From contig CAVWLW010000045.1 of assembly GCA_963755715.1 (NCBI GenBank), positions 43,425-107,424 of the forward strand: a stretch of 64,000 bases of DNA, read 5' to 3'. Made by a program: the position numbers and the translations under genes. Numbering within the stretch: the stretch's first letter is position 1; every line of letters starts with the position of its first letter. This document shows, one piece after another, positions 1-10,356 of this stretch. This stretch comes from an uncultured delta proteobacterium (GTDB lineage: Bacteria; Desulfobacterota; Binatia; UBA9968). The notes under the pieces are model-generated. The model saw only the letters and a program-made list of their open reading frames with translations. It did no database searches and had not been told where the DNA came from.

Positions 1-1
1 C

Positions 2-394
2 ACCCAGCTGGTCGCGGAAACCGAAAACATGTGGATTCATACCAAGATCAACTACGAGGGCGGCGAAAACGAGATTCACTGTCATCTCGATGAAGACCAT
101 TCATTCATCGTGCTCGAAGGGCAGATGAGCGTCTTCGATGAAAACGGCAACGAGATCAAGGTCGAAAAACATCAGGGCGTCATGATCCCCAAGGGCGCCT
201 ATTACCGTTATCACAACACCGGCAAGGAAAACTTGGTCGTGATTCGCGTCGGCGCGGGAGTCAAAGGTCAGAAGCAGGGCGGCGAAGAAATGCGTGTTCG
301 CCCGGACGGCAAGCCGTTACCGGCTTACTCGGCGGAGAACAAAACAGTGGAGCCGATCGAGGACACGAGATTTTTTGCGGACTCGGCCGGATAG
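2..394 (+). CDS. Cupin domain protein (5' end outside window)
   Basis: Frame open from base 2; cupin motifs ENEIHCHLDEDHSFIVLEG and GVMIPKGAYYRYHN. Confidence 0.8.
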   Translation, partial: TQLVAETENMWIHTKINYEGGENEIHCHLDEDHSFIVLEGQMSVFDENGNEIKVEKHQGVMIPKGAYYRYHNTGKENLVVIRVGAGVKGQKQGGEEMRVRPDGKPLPAYSAENKTVEPIEDTRFFADSAG

Positions 395-471
395 TGTCGA
401 AACCGTTTTGAACAGAGTTCATATCACCGGCCACTGACCGTTCAGTGGCCGGTGTCGTTTTGGGAGGCGGT

Positions 472-1035
472 ATGACCCAAGCTATTCGGCCCATGCCGGA
501 AGAAATGCCGGTCGAGTTATGGCGCGGCTTCAAACCTAATAACGCGATGTGGCGGGGAAGTGTCGTCGAAATTTTCGTCGCGCCGGAATCGGCGGCGGAG
601 ATGGTGGCCGTTCCGGAAGTGCGCGCGCTTGCCGACCGTGGTCTTGAAGGCGATCGGTTCTTCCGTGAGTCGTGGAATGCCGTCAATCGGTCGGATAAGG
701 CGGTGAGTCTCATCGAAGACGAAGTTCTGCAACTCGCCGCTCAGGAACTCGGCGTCGCATCGATTGCCCAGAAAACCCGGCGCAATATTGTCACTCGCGG
801 CGTGCCGCTAATCGAATTGCTCCATCGTGAGTTTACTGTCGGCGGCGTGCTCATGCGCGGCATTCGTTTGTTCGAGCCCTGCGGCCATTTGGTCAAAGTT
901 TCCAAGATGCCGGGCATTTTCAAGGCGCTAGACCATCGTAGCGGCCTGAAGGCGGCGATCCTCACCGACGGCGAGATCCATGTCGGCGATGCGTTGACGC
1001 TCGTTGAACCTCAAGCAGCGGTCGTCTCGGCCTAA
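472..1035 (+). CDS. MOSC domain protein (YiiM-like)
   Basis: GGAGG RBS before ATG 472; motifs GLEGDRF, RRNIVTRG, EPCxHL, SGLKAAILTDGEIHVGD. Confidence 0.85.
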   Translation: MTQAIRPMPEEMPVELWRGFKPNNAMWRGSVVEIFVAPESAAEMVAVPEVRALADRGLEGDRFFRESWNAVNRSDKAVSLIEDEVLQLAAQELGVASIAQKTRRNIVTRGVPLIELLHREFTVGGVLMRGIRLFEPCGHLVKVSKMPGIFKALDHRSGLKAAILTDGEIHVGDALTLVEPQAAVVSA

Positions 1036-1130
1036 CGCTCGGGAGTTGCTTGCCTGTCAATCTCACCTGAGTTAGTTTCCAGCGTGGCCGTACCCGCGGC
1101 CATCGGGTCCAACAAATTTACGGAGACTCT

Positions 1131-2071
1131 ATGGAATTCGGACTCCATTTGCCCGCGTCCACGGCGGGGATTAAATCGGAGGATCTCATCCGCTTCGCCC
1201 AGCAGGCCGAGACGCTGGGATTTTACTGCATCACCGTCGCGGACCACGTCATCGTTCCGCGCGACATCTCTGTGCCGTATCCGTATACGACCGACGGCAA
1301 ATATCCTGGCACGGGTTATCACTTGGAAACTCTGATGACCATGGGGTTTCTCGCCGGCGCGACCAATCGCATTCGCTTTGTCACCAGTGTCATGATCCTG
1401 CCGTATCGCAATCCCATCGTTACGGCGAAGATGCTCGCGAGTCTCGACGTTTTGTCCGGCGGGCGCGTGATCGTCGGCGCTGGGCGTCGGCTGGATGAAG
1501 GAAGAATTCGAAACCTTGCGCACCGAGCCGTTCGAGGAGCGCGGCAAAGTCACCGACGAATATATCGCCGCGTTTCGAGAGTTGTGGACGAGCGACAATC
1601 CGAGCTTCAGCGGCAAATATTGCAACTTTTCCAACATCGTCTTTCTCCCCAAGCCCGTGCAGAAGCCGACGATCCCGATCTGGATCGGCGGCCACAGCAA
1701 ACAAGCGATCCGCCGTGCCGCGCGCCTCGGCGACGGCTGGCACCCCATCGGCGGCGTGCCGACGATTCCGTTGGAGCCAGAGGATGTCGCCGCAGATATG
1801 TTGATGTTACGCGAATATGCGGAAAAAGCCGGGCGTGATCCAAAAACAATCCGCGTCGCCTTGAAAGGCTCGCTCTTCGACCGTGAAAAACAAATCACGC
1901 CGGGAAAGCGGCGGCGGTTTATTGGCAGCGCCGAAGAGGTCGCCTCAGACATCCGCGACTATCGCAGCGGTCGGCGTCGACACGATGATTTTCGACGTGC
2001 GCCGGCCGAGCATCGCCGAAACGTTGGAGCGGATGGAATGGATGGCGAAGGACGTGTTTCCAAAAGTGTAG
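1131..2071 (+). CDS. LLM-class (F420/flavin-dependent) oxidoreductase; two apparent frameshifts (~1485, ~1970)
   Basis: ADHV, TSVMILPYRNP, LASLDVLSGGR, then EEFETL and PKPVQKPTIPIWIGG spread over three consecutive ORFs. Confidence 0.85.
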
Positions 2072-2150
2072 GGCGGTGTTTCTAAACGTCGCTGAATATT
2101 TCATGATTTCCGATTTATGTATCCGCCGTTGCCAAGAAGCTGCGGGATAA

Positions 2151-2236
2151 TGTCATCCTGAGGCAACGCCGAAGGATCTCGCCTTTTACGGCTAATGCTT
2201 CGGTCGAGATTCTTCACTATTTTGTTTAGGATGACA
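2151..2236. repeat. REP-like palindromic element (TGTCA...TGACA family)
   Basis: TGTCATCCT...CGAAGGATCTC...GAGATTCTTC...AGGATGACA nested inverted repeats in an intergenic position. Confidence 0.7.
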
Positions 2237-2242
2237 CCGCAT

Positions 2243-3352
2243 ATGATTCTATTGCGGCAATTTTTGGTCTGGTCGATTCCGTTGTGGCTTACGGCGTTTG
2301 CAGTCGCGGCCTTTGCCGCCGATGCAAAGCCCGGTTGGCAGGGGGACTGGGAGCGAACGCTGGGCGCCGCAGAGAAGGAAGGCGAAGTTGCCGTCGCCAT
2401 CTACGATCAGGGGCCGGTGACCGCGGCGGTCGTCGACGCCTTCCAGAAAACCTTTCCGAAAATCAAAGCCAACTCGCTGCGCGCCCGTGGCAGCCAGATC
2501 GGGCCGAAAATCATCGCCGAGCGGCGCGCGGAAAAATATCTGATCGATTTATTCACCGGCGGCAAAGGCACGGCGCTCAGTACCTTGCACGCCGGCAAGG
2601 CGCTCGATCCGATCAAACCGTTATTGATCCTGCCCGAAGTCGTCGATTCGTCGAAATGGTGGCAGGGCAAAGTTCGTTACGTCGACCCCGAGGGAGCCTA
2701 CGTCCTCGCGTTTGTCGGCAACGGCGGCGGTGTCGAAGTCACTTTCAACACGAATTTGGTCAATCCAAAAGAACTAAAATCCTATTGGGATCTCGTCAAT
2801 CCGAAATGGAAAGGAAAAATCGTCGCTACCGATCCGCGTGTGGCCGGGCAAGACCGGCCGGTGCTGTATTTCTACCACAGCCCGGCGTTGGGACCGGATT
2901 TCATGCGCCGGCTCTACGGCGAAATGGATATCGCGATCAGCCGGGATTACCGCCAACCGATCGATTGGTTGTCAGTCGGCAAATACGCGCTCTGCATCCC
3001 GTGCAATTCCCGGGAAGTGGAAAAGGGGATGAAACAAGGACTGCCGATTGCACAAATCAACCAATTCAAGGAAGGCGTCACGCTCACTTCGTCCGGCGGT
3101 ACGCTCAGTTTCCTCAACCGCGCGCCCCATCCCAACGCCGCTAAAGTCTTCGTCAACTGGTTGTTGTCGCGCGATGCGCAGACGCTGATGCAGAAATCCG
3201 ACGGCTCCGATTCGCTGCGCGTCGATATCCCCAAGGATTCAGTCCTCGCGGAAAACCGCCGCCTAGCCGGGGCCGAATATCTCGACGGCGACGATCCGAA
3301 ATTCTCGGATCGCCGTCCCGCCGATAAACTACTCAATGAAATCTTGAAATAG
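2243..3352 (+). CDS. Extracellular solute-binding protein (Fe3+/polyamine/thiamine-type ABC family)
   Basis: Signal peptide; AEKEGEV, SYWDLVNPKWKGKI, APHPNAAKVFVNWLLS. Confidence 0.85.
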   Translation: MILLRQFLVWSIPLWLTAFAVAAFAADAKPGWQGDWERTLGAAEKEGEVAVAIYDQGPVTAAVVDAFQKTFPKIKANSLRARGSQIGPKIIAERRAEKYLIDLFTGGKGTALSTLHAGKALDPIKPLLILPEVVDSSKWWQGKVRYVDPEGAYVLAFVGNGGGVEVTFNTNLVNPKELKSYWDLVNPKWKGKIVATDPRVAGQDRPVLYFYHSPALGPDFMRRLYGEMDIAISRDYRQPIDWLSVGKYALCIPCNSREVEKGMKQGLPIAQINQFKEGVTLTSSGGTLSFLNRAPHPNAAKVFVNWLLSRDAQTLMQKSDGSDSLRVDIPKDSVLAENRRLAGAEYLDGDDPKFSDRRPADKLLNEILK

Positions 3353-3721
3353 GATACTCTCGAATTGGTTTTTCGCGGGCGACTTTTTTCGATGAGGTAA
3401 GGATCGGATCCTAGTTTCCCAAGGATGACTGCCGATGCCGAACGCCGAATTTGATTTTCCGGACTGGCCGCATTAATCCTCAATTGATGTACCATTCACG
3501 GCGCGCCATGCGAACACTATTGGGGTTCGTAATTATCGCGGCTCTCATCCTTGGCTAGGGCTACTATCACGCTGCCACTCACGGCTGGATGTACATCAGC
3601 TTAATCGATGCATCACCGACGGAGCGAATTGTTCCGCTGCGCTCCAACCGATTCAAAGTTTGACGGGTCAACGAAATAGTCGAGTCGTAGAGGTCTGGTG
3701 GGCCAAGCGGCGTCCCGCTGC

Positions 3722-3901
3722 TCAAGAATTAGTTTTTTCGCGTTGTCTTAGCGCCTCGATTTTTTTCATAATTTCCTCCCCGGCTCTGATACCGTTAAAA
3801 GACGATGGCGCATTCGGGGACTGAAATACGGCGCATCCGCACCCACACCCGTTAGGTAAGTGAGATTTTTGGCGGTGCTTACAGTTTTGACACTGTTCCA
3901 T
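3722..3901 (-). CDS. Small Cys/His-rich protein (59 aa), putative metal-binding
   Basis: Translated by hand: MEQCQNCKHRQKSHLPNGCGCGCAVF...; AAGGA upstream; just below the ORF-track length cutoff. Confidence 0.5.
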   Translation of the reverse strand: MEQCQNCKHRQKSHLPNGCGCGCAVFQSPNAPSSFNGIRAGEEIMKKIEALRQREKTNS

Positions 3902-4464
3902 CTGTCTTTTCCTTTTTAGTTATTTGCGGGCGTCTAGCGGACTTGCGGAGCACTTCTTCGCCTCGGTGTTTCGCAAAACCGGCCGTGGAAGATGCAACGT
4001 TCGCTGTTATAGATGGAAAAATTGCCTTTGATCACGTGACTCGCCGGGCAATGAAACTCATCGACCGGGAGCGCGCTGCTGTTGTTGCGCAACCGCTTGT
4101 GAGAATGCCGCTTGGCTGGACCAGTACTTGCCCAATCCCGCCGCAGCCACAAAAAAGATGAGACAAACCAAAAACCATTTCATCGGATTTCCGCCTTTCC
4201 CTGACGCTCGTCACTATCCCATTAGCGAAAGGCATGCCGCCCGCGATATTCCCTTTAATGCATCAAAGTGCCGTAGATTCCGTTTTGGAAGTGCGCACAA
4301 CTGTCATGGTCCGACAAAAGGTTGTGCGGTGACGGACAGGGCTCCGGTGCCGCGGTATAAAATCTGATGTGCCCCATAGTAGGCCAAAATCGCTCGGGAG
4401 CAGGCTGCCCAATCACAAACAGTTGCTGCGTCAATCCGTTCGCGCTGATTGCCAACTGAAGTTC

Positions 4465-4737
4465 TCATTCAAGTCGTTTCTTTGATAGAAGTTCGCGATA
4501 GGAGTATTGATGGGCGGCGTTGAGGCCCATCTCCATCGCCGCGTAGTTAATTGGAACAGGAAGAATTGTTGCGGCGATAAGCCCGTTTGTTAGCGTGGCA
4601 AACGCCGGCCGCACATGGATCAGGTTGTAGTCCTTGCCATATTCAAATCCACGGGAGCCTAAAACCGATCTCAAGGCGTCGATAAGCGAGTGTGGAATCG
4701 TGACCTTGGTCAACGTCGATGGAATCAAGACGATCAC
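4465..4737 (-). pseudogene. Possible remnant of an NMT1-type substrate-binding protein
   Basis: GFEYGKDYNLI...ATLTNGLIAATILPVP...AMEMGLN resembles the middle of the NMT1-type SBPs in this window; no N- or C-terminus. Confidence 0.35.
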
Positions 4738-5119
4738 CCGGCTCTACAATGAAATGAATCAGACGAAAGGGCCGTTAGCGAATCCCGCAAAGGATGTGTA
4801 CCCGAGTTATTTGAAAGGAGCGCTATGAGATGGGAAATCGTAAAGGAGCCGCCCATGACCAAGATCTAAGAGGTACGTTGGAATCATAATCCGCGAACCG
4901 GGACCAATCTGCCATTAGAAGGTGTGAAACGCGTACTATGTTTGCCGTTTTTATATTATGCATAGGTCGTAATTTTGCGGCAGGAAGTCAGCATCACTCG
5001 CTATCAAAACTCATCCTAGCTTAGCGCCAGGTGCGGAAGACAGCTCCTACTCATGAATGTTCTTGTTGTTTCTAGCCGCCGAGTGAATACAATAGCCACT
5101 GTTTGATCGGAGGTGTGCT

Positions 5120-5596
5120 ATGGTTGCTACAAGGCACTACGATGAAGATCTCAGAGCCATCGGCCAAGCTCTCGAAGCTAGAGACATTAGCAATTTTGAA
5201 CTAAAGCGTCTTACCGACACGTATATCATTAGCGGCATGCCTGAGCAGACTCGCTCGGTTCGTTCAAGGGTACGGCAGTGGCTGCTGCGATTGCGTAGCG
5301 GTACCCGAGATGAATCATTAACGTTTGGATTGGCGGACGTTGAGAAACTTTCCCAAGCGGGGCGAGCGCGGCGCTCTAAGCCGGGACAGCTTACGGATTT
5401 TCGGCGTGTTTCAAATAACTTACGTACAATAGGCGCCTATCTCGATTCCAAGGAGGTTGAACTGGTTGAGCTGCACAAAAGGCCAATTTCCATAACACTG
5501 TCGTATCGAAATAAGGCAGGAGAGGAACAAAGGGAAGACCGCACCATTTCATCATTCTATAATTTTTTTCTTCAGCTTTGCGGAAAGCGAAGCTAA
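5120..5596 (+). CDS. Hypothetical protein, duplicated LRxIG-motif family (copy 1)
   Basis: GGAGG RBS; LRAIGQALE and LRTIGAYLD; paralogs at 44.4 and 45.4 kb. Confidence 0.8.
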   Translation: MVATRHYDEDLRAIGQALEARDISNFELKRLTDTYIISGMPEQTRSVRSRVRQWLLRLRSGTRDESLTFGLADVEKLSQAGRARRSKPGQLTDFRRVSNNLRTIGAYLDSKEVELVELHKRPISITLSYRNKAGEEQREDRTISSFYNFFLQLCGKRS

Positions 5597-5914
5597 ACGA
5601 AAAAAATCACTGCTCCATTAAATCTTCCGAATGCTCGGCCGCTGCTCAAACCTGAGCGTATCCACCGATTGAAGGGCCGGTCCTCGGGGTGCGGCTGTCG
5701 CATCGCGTGCGTCATAATTTGAGGCGAACAATCGGCAAGGACTAACAAGTCCGGGCGTTGTGCGTTACCATGACAGGTGAAGAAAGTTCCTGATCGAAAC
5801 CCACCGTTGTGCGCCACTGCTTACGACGGTTGACTGTAGAACTAGGCCGGTGAAAGCAGCTTAGGTCGATGTTTTTTGACGTGAAAACGAAACAGTTCAA
5901 GTCGTCCGACGGAA

Positions 5915-6352
5915 TTGCCGCAGCCATTGCGATTGCTTGCGTCCTGTTTTTTTCGTTCGAAGTACTACCTCAACAGCAAGAGCTGGCTGTCTTACTATCC
6001 AGCGGTTTCAAGGCTACAAGGGACGCTCACTAAAGTCTTCAAATACGGTAAGCCGTCCTACGGCGCAGAGCCAGAAATGGATGAGAAAGTAGAAGTGCCC
6101 ATTCTGATTCTTCAAACGCCCGTGCGGGTCAAGGCCCGATCGACTAGCAGCGTCAACAACGAATCCGTCACCAATGTTTCATTTGTCCAACTCATCTTCC
6201 CACCCGAGATTGATGAAAATTATGCAAAACATCTCGACAAAAATATCGTCGTGGCGGGAACGCTCGTGAGGGGTTATAAAGGAGAGCACTTTACCGACGT
6301 GGTAATGACCGTGAAGGCAGTGAATCCGACCGGAAAACCCACGACCCGGTGA
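5915..6352 (+). CDS. DUF4431-like protein (start uncertain)
   Basis: LQGTL...YGKPSYGAEPEMDE...VQL...VAGTL...EHFTDVVMTV pattern. Confidence 0.6.
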   Translation: MPQPLRLLASCFFRSKYYLNSKSWLSYYPAVSRLQGTLTKVFKYGKPSYGAEPEMDEKVEVPILILQTPVRVKARSTSSVNNESVTNVSFVQLIFPPEIDENYAKHLDKNIVVAGTLVRGYKGEHFTDVVMTVKAVNPTGKPTTR

Positions 6353-6900
6353 TAGGCCGTAGTGAAGTTGCGTGCAAACACGCCGTATCGAGCGGCTATA
6401 TCGTAAAAAGTTTCGTACTCACTCGCTCAGGACGATTGACCTTTGAGGACAATGAACGAAACCAGCGCGACAAGGGCTCGCCACCACCCAAAGCGAGAAG
6501 TTCGATTCTTAATAGACCGTCTTTTTGGCTCAAACGGCTCATTTATGATTCGAGACATTGTTCAACCTCGTGAAACCAATGTTGTGGCGGAGCAAGACGG
6601 ATGCCAATTAAATATGGCGCTATGATTCGACAAACCGGTGGAAAATTGTTGAGAAAAGCGCTGCGGATTCTGTTTACCGGCAGGTTACCGAAGTTACCCA
6701 CCGTCAACCTTGTCTTGTCAAATTGACGCTTCGTCAAAACTGCCTGACTGAGAAGACCCAATTCTACCATTCTAACGGTCGGGTTACGAACCCGCCATGC
6801 GTAAGCGCTGGTTCAATAAGAGGCTGTAGGATCAAACTTTGACAAGAGTCAGCAAAACAGTCGACTCTCGGGATTGAAATCAATGTAAAGGAGATAAAAC

Positions 6901-7497
6901 ATGCGCGAGATCCTGACAGATATCTTCACTTGGCCGTGGTTTTCGGAACCGCACGGATACAATTTTAACGGGCACTTCATTCGGCACGCTGGTAGGAATC
7001 TATGCGTCGATCCCGTGGAGCCGAGTGAAGAGGATTTGGCCGAGCTGGCGCGTCAGGGGGTCGCGCGCATTCTCATTACCAATCGCAACCATTCGCGCGC
7101 GGCGAACAAGATTCGTGCACGCACCGGCGCACGGACGGCGATCCATCCAGCCGATGCGCCGCACGCTCGCAAAGAAGGTGCGGAGCTGGATGACGAATTG
7201 AATCCAGGGGACAAAGCTGGTCCGTTCGTGGTGATCGACTCGCCGGGGAAATCGCTGGGAGAAGTTGTCCTTCACTGGCCGGAGCGAAGAATCCTGCTCG
7301 TCGGGGATGCTGTGGTCGGCGATCCGCCTGGGAGGTGCAAGCTCTTACCGGACAAGGTGGTGGACGATCCACCGCGCCTACGCGACAGCGCGCGGGGATT
7401 GCTGGCGCTCGACTTCGATATTTTATTGGTGGGTGACGGCGTGCCGATTCTACAGTCGGCTAAGGAGCGGCTGCGGGAATTAGTTGATACATTTTAG
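6901..7497 (+). CDS. MBL-fold metallo-hydrolase (degenerate metal site)
   Basis: AAGGAG RBS; LCVDP, ILITNRNHSR, SPGKSLGE, LLVGDA, ILLVGDG. Confidence 0.75.
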   Translation: MREILTDIFTWPWFSEPHGYNFNGHFIRHAGRNLCVDPVEPSEEDLAELARQGVARILITNRNHSRAANKIRARTGARTAIHPADAPHARKEGAELDDELNPGDKAGPFVVIDSPGKSLGEVVLHWPERRILLVGDAVVGDPPGRCKLLPDKVVDDPPRLRDSARGLLALDFDILLVGDGVPILQSAKERLRELVDTF

Positions 7498-7688
7498 CAT
7501 CCAGACGGGTTCGAATCGTTCCAACGGTTCAAGAGCTCAAGTTTTGAACCGTTTAAGGGTTCAAATACAGCCAGCCAACACATCCGCTTATGGCGGACGT
7601 TTGTCGGATTATTTTGCGTAATAACCTGTCGAGAATCAGACCGCGCAGTGATTCACCTAGGATCGAGAGGCGGATTCGTTACGCGGCG

Positions 7689-7973
7689 CTATTTCTGCGG
7701 TTTTGTGGGCTTCGTCTGTTTTCGCGGATCTTCGTTTTCAGGCAAGCATAGATAAATCATTGAGCTGTTATTGTTAGTAAAGGTCACACTGTTGCCATCG
7801 AACTTGGCGTCTTTAAACTGGCGCCACATGTCCAGTTTTTCTTTTACACTTGCCTGGCACTTTTCCTGAGACCCCAAGCCGGGCGCGGGTAACCAGCTAT
7901 CCGAGGTCGCGGTTTGGGTTCGGGTCCAAAGCGTCCACAGCAAAAGCAGACTTATGGCACAGGTCTTTTTCAT
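7689..7973 (-). CDS. Small secreted hypothetical protein
   Basis: Hydrophobic N-terminus, Cys pair (EKCQ / YLCLP), purine-rich RBS. Confidence 0.65.
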   Translation of the reverse strand: MKKTCAISLLLLWTLWTRTQTATSDSWLPAPGLGSQEKCQASVKEKLDMWRQFKDAKFDGNSVTFTNNNSSMIYLCLPENEDPRKQTKPTKPQK

Positions 7974-8275
7974 AAAACCCTCTCGTCTCCTGGACGTATG
8001 TTAGACGATCCATTCGGAAAAATCTTGTATTTAAATGTGCGGTAGCGGTTTGCCTAACCTAGCGGGACACGTAGGTCCGGCCCTACGACTGACGCTGCTG
8101 GTGTTGGCAATCGCCTGCGTAAGATTCCTGTGCGCGCCGTCCCGTTACCGGCATTGCCCGCTCTTTCTCAATCCGAGTTAATCCGGAGCTTCGTTTCAGC
8201 ACTGCGTACTCACTTGACACATGGCTTGTCCGGGGCGTACAGGGTGACAAGAAGCGGCGAAGGGAGAAATAAATT

Positions 8276-9298
8276 ATGACGACGAATTTCGAAGTCATCG
8301 ACGCCGACGGGCATATTACGGAAGAGGACAGCCAGCTCAAAAAATACATGGAAGCGAAATATCGCGACCGGGCGGCGACGCTCACGCCGCGCGATAGCTG
8401 GGACCGCTCTTTGAGCGGAAAATTGGGCACGCGCGCCAAAGACGCCAAAAGCTGGCTCGACGCCATGGACAAAGGACGTGTTTCGACGGCGGTGCTCTAT
8501 CCAACCAACGGCTTGAGCGTCGGCTGGATACGCGAGCCGGATGTGGCGGTGCAATATTGCCGGGCATGGAATGATTTCTGCTCGGAAGAGTTTCAAAAAG
8601 CCAGCCCGCGTCTTAAATGCGTCGCCTTGGTGCCGTTTCAAGATGTGACCGAAGCGGTCAAAGAGCTGCGCCGGGCGGTCACCGAATTGAAGCTCGTCGG
8701 CCTGATGCTCCCAGCGGTGGGTCTGCGGTTGCCGTTGGGCCATGAAAGTTTCTGGCCGATCTACGCCGAGGCGGAGAAGCTCGGCTGCATGGTCGGCTCC
8801 CACGCTACAGTGCGCGGGCCGCACTATTTTGCCGGCGATATGTTCGACCAGTTTATCGAAGTGCACACGCTGTCGCATTCGTTCGCGCAAATGTTGCAGG
8901 CGTGCAGTATGATGTTTCGCGGCGTGTTCGATCGTTTCCCGAATCTGCGCGTCGCTTTTATGGAAGCGGGGTGCAGTTGGGCGCCCTACTGGTTCGGGCG
9001 CATGAACGAGGAGTGGGAGAAGCGCGGCGAAGTGGAAGCGCCGATGTGCAAGAGAAAGCCGACGGAATATCTCAAAGACGGGCGAATCTATTTTCACGCC
9101 GAAGACTACGAGCCGATGATCGGCGCGACCACCGAGGTGTTGACGCACAAGGTCATTTACTACGCTTCCGACTATCCGCACTGGGACACGGAGTTTCCGG
9201 AAAATATCGAGCATCTCGGCCGACGCAAAGATTTGAACGACGAGGCTAAGAAATGGCTCTTCGCCGAGAGCGCGAAAAAACTCTACAACCTGCAGTGA
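8276..9298 (+). CDS. Amidohydrolase family protein (Amidohydro_2)
   Basis: IDADGH, AVLYPT, FMEAGCSW, YASDYPHWD. Confidence 0.9.
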   Translation: MTTNFEVIDADGHITEEDSQLKKYMEAKYRDRAATLTPRDSWDRSLSGKLGTRAKDAKSWLDAMDKGRVSTAVLYPTNGLSVGWIREPDVAVQYCRAWNDFCSEEFQKASPRLKCVALVPFQDVTEAVKELRRAVTELKLVGLMLPAVGLRLPLGHESFWPIYAEAEKLGCMVGSHATVRGPHYFAGDMFDQFIEVHTLSHSFAQMLQACSMMFRGVFDRFPNLRVAFMEAGCSWAPYWFGRMNEEWEKRGEVEAPMCKRKPTEYLKDGRIYFHAEDYEPMIGATTEVLTHKVIYYASDYPHWDTEFPENIEHLGRRKDLNDEAKKWLFAESAKKLYNLQ

Positions 9299-9305
9299 GG
9301 TATTG

Positions 9306-10331
9306 ATGGGAGCAAAACGAAAAGTGTGCCTTACGGGTCCCATGCGCATCAAGCTCGCCGAAGAAATGCTGCGCGCCGCCGGTTGCGAGCTGGTGTCGGG
9401 CAAACCTCAGGATGATTTTCGGACCTTTCGTTACGAGCGCAAGGAACTGGTCAATCTGATCGGCGACTGCCCGATCGTCTATCCCTCGGGCCGGGACGTG
9501 ATCACCGGTGAGATTTTGGATTCCTGCCCGGATCTCCAAGCCGTGGTGAAGTCGAGCATCGGCATCGAAACCGTCGACGTCGATGCAGCGACGGACTTAG
9601 GAATCCTTTGTTGCAACAGCCCGACGGTGGAAAATTATATGGGCGTTGCCGAAGCGACCATGGGGCTGATCGTGGCGCTATTCAAACGGCTGAAGCTCAA
9701 TGAGGCCTACCTACGCAACAACGGTTGGAAAGAGCTAGAGAACCGCGGCACGCTGATGCTCGGAAAAACCGTCGGCATTATCGGTGTCGGACGCATCGGT
9801 CAAAACGTCGCCAAACGGCTCGGCGCCTGGGGCATGAAAGTGATCGGCTATGACCCGTATGTAAAGCCGGAGACTGTCGCTTCGCTCGGGGTCAGAATGG
9901 TTTCACTCGAAGAGCTGCTGCAGCAGTCGGATCTGGTGACGCTGCACGTCGTGCTGACCCGGGAAACCCGCGGCATGCTCGGCATGCGTGAATTTAAAAT
10001 GATGAAACCGACGGCGTTCATCGTCAACACTTCGCGCGGCCAGGCAATCAAGGAGGCGGAGCTGGTGCAGGCGTTGAATGAAAAAATCATCACCGCCGCG
10101 GCACTGGATGTTTTTGAGCAAGAACCGCTGCCGATGGACAATCCTTTGCGCCAGGTGGACCCGCTGCGCTTGATCTTGACGCCGCACAACATCGGCGCCA
10201 ACCCCGGTTCTGCGGAAGCGGGGCAGAAAATGGCCGCTGAGAGCATGTTGGCAATCCTCGACGGCAAAATTCCCGACACGGTCGTCAATCCATTAGCGAT
10301 CCCGCGTTGGAAGGAGCGCTTCTGGTCGTAG
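9306..10331 (+). CDS. D-isomer-specific 2-hydroxyacid dehydrogenase (SerA-like)
   Basis: GIIGVGRIG, VNTSRG, AALDVFEQEP, LTPHNIG. Confidence 0.9.
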   Translation: MGAKRKVCLTGPMRIKLAEEMLRAAGCELVSGKPQDDFRTFRYERKELVNLIGDCPIVYPSGRDVITGEILDSCPDLQAVVKSSIGIETVDVDAATDLGILCCNSPTVENYMGVAEATMGLIVALFKRLKLNEAYLRNNGWKELENRGTLMLGKTVGIIGVGRIGQNVAKRLGAWGMKVIGYDPYVKPETVASLGVRMVSLEELLQQSDLVTLHVVLTRETRGMLGMREFKMMKPTAFIVNTSRGQAIKEAELVQALNEKIITAAALDVFEQEPLPMDNPLRQVDPLRLILTPHNIGANPGSAEAGQKMAAESMLAILDGKIPDTVVNPLAIPRWKERFWS

Positions 10332-10356
10332 GACTCCCGCGACATGTCGCGCGTCC

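Noticed and set aside
3508-3663. In-frame TAG as pyrrolysine or stop read-through
   Set aside because: No pyl genes or supporting context in the window; a nonsense mutation or chance ORF is more likely.
3722-3769. GGAGG followed by MKKIEA, resembling the start of P-II (glnB)
   Set aside because: Similarity ends after six residues, and the segment is the in-frame tail of the 59-aa Cys/His ORF.
8210-9403. Long antisense or alternate-frame ORFs (e.g. 8210-9403, 22689-23837, 26653-27696, 33504-34910, 40358-41242)
   Set aside because: They shadow well-supported genes on the opposite strand in GC-rich DNA and carry no recognisable motifs.
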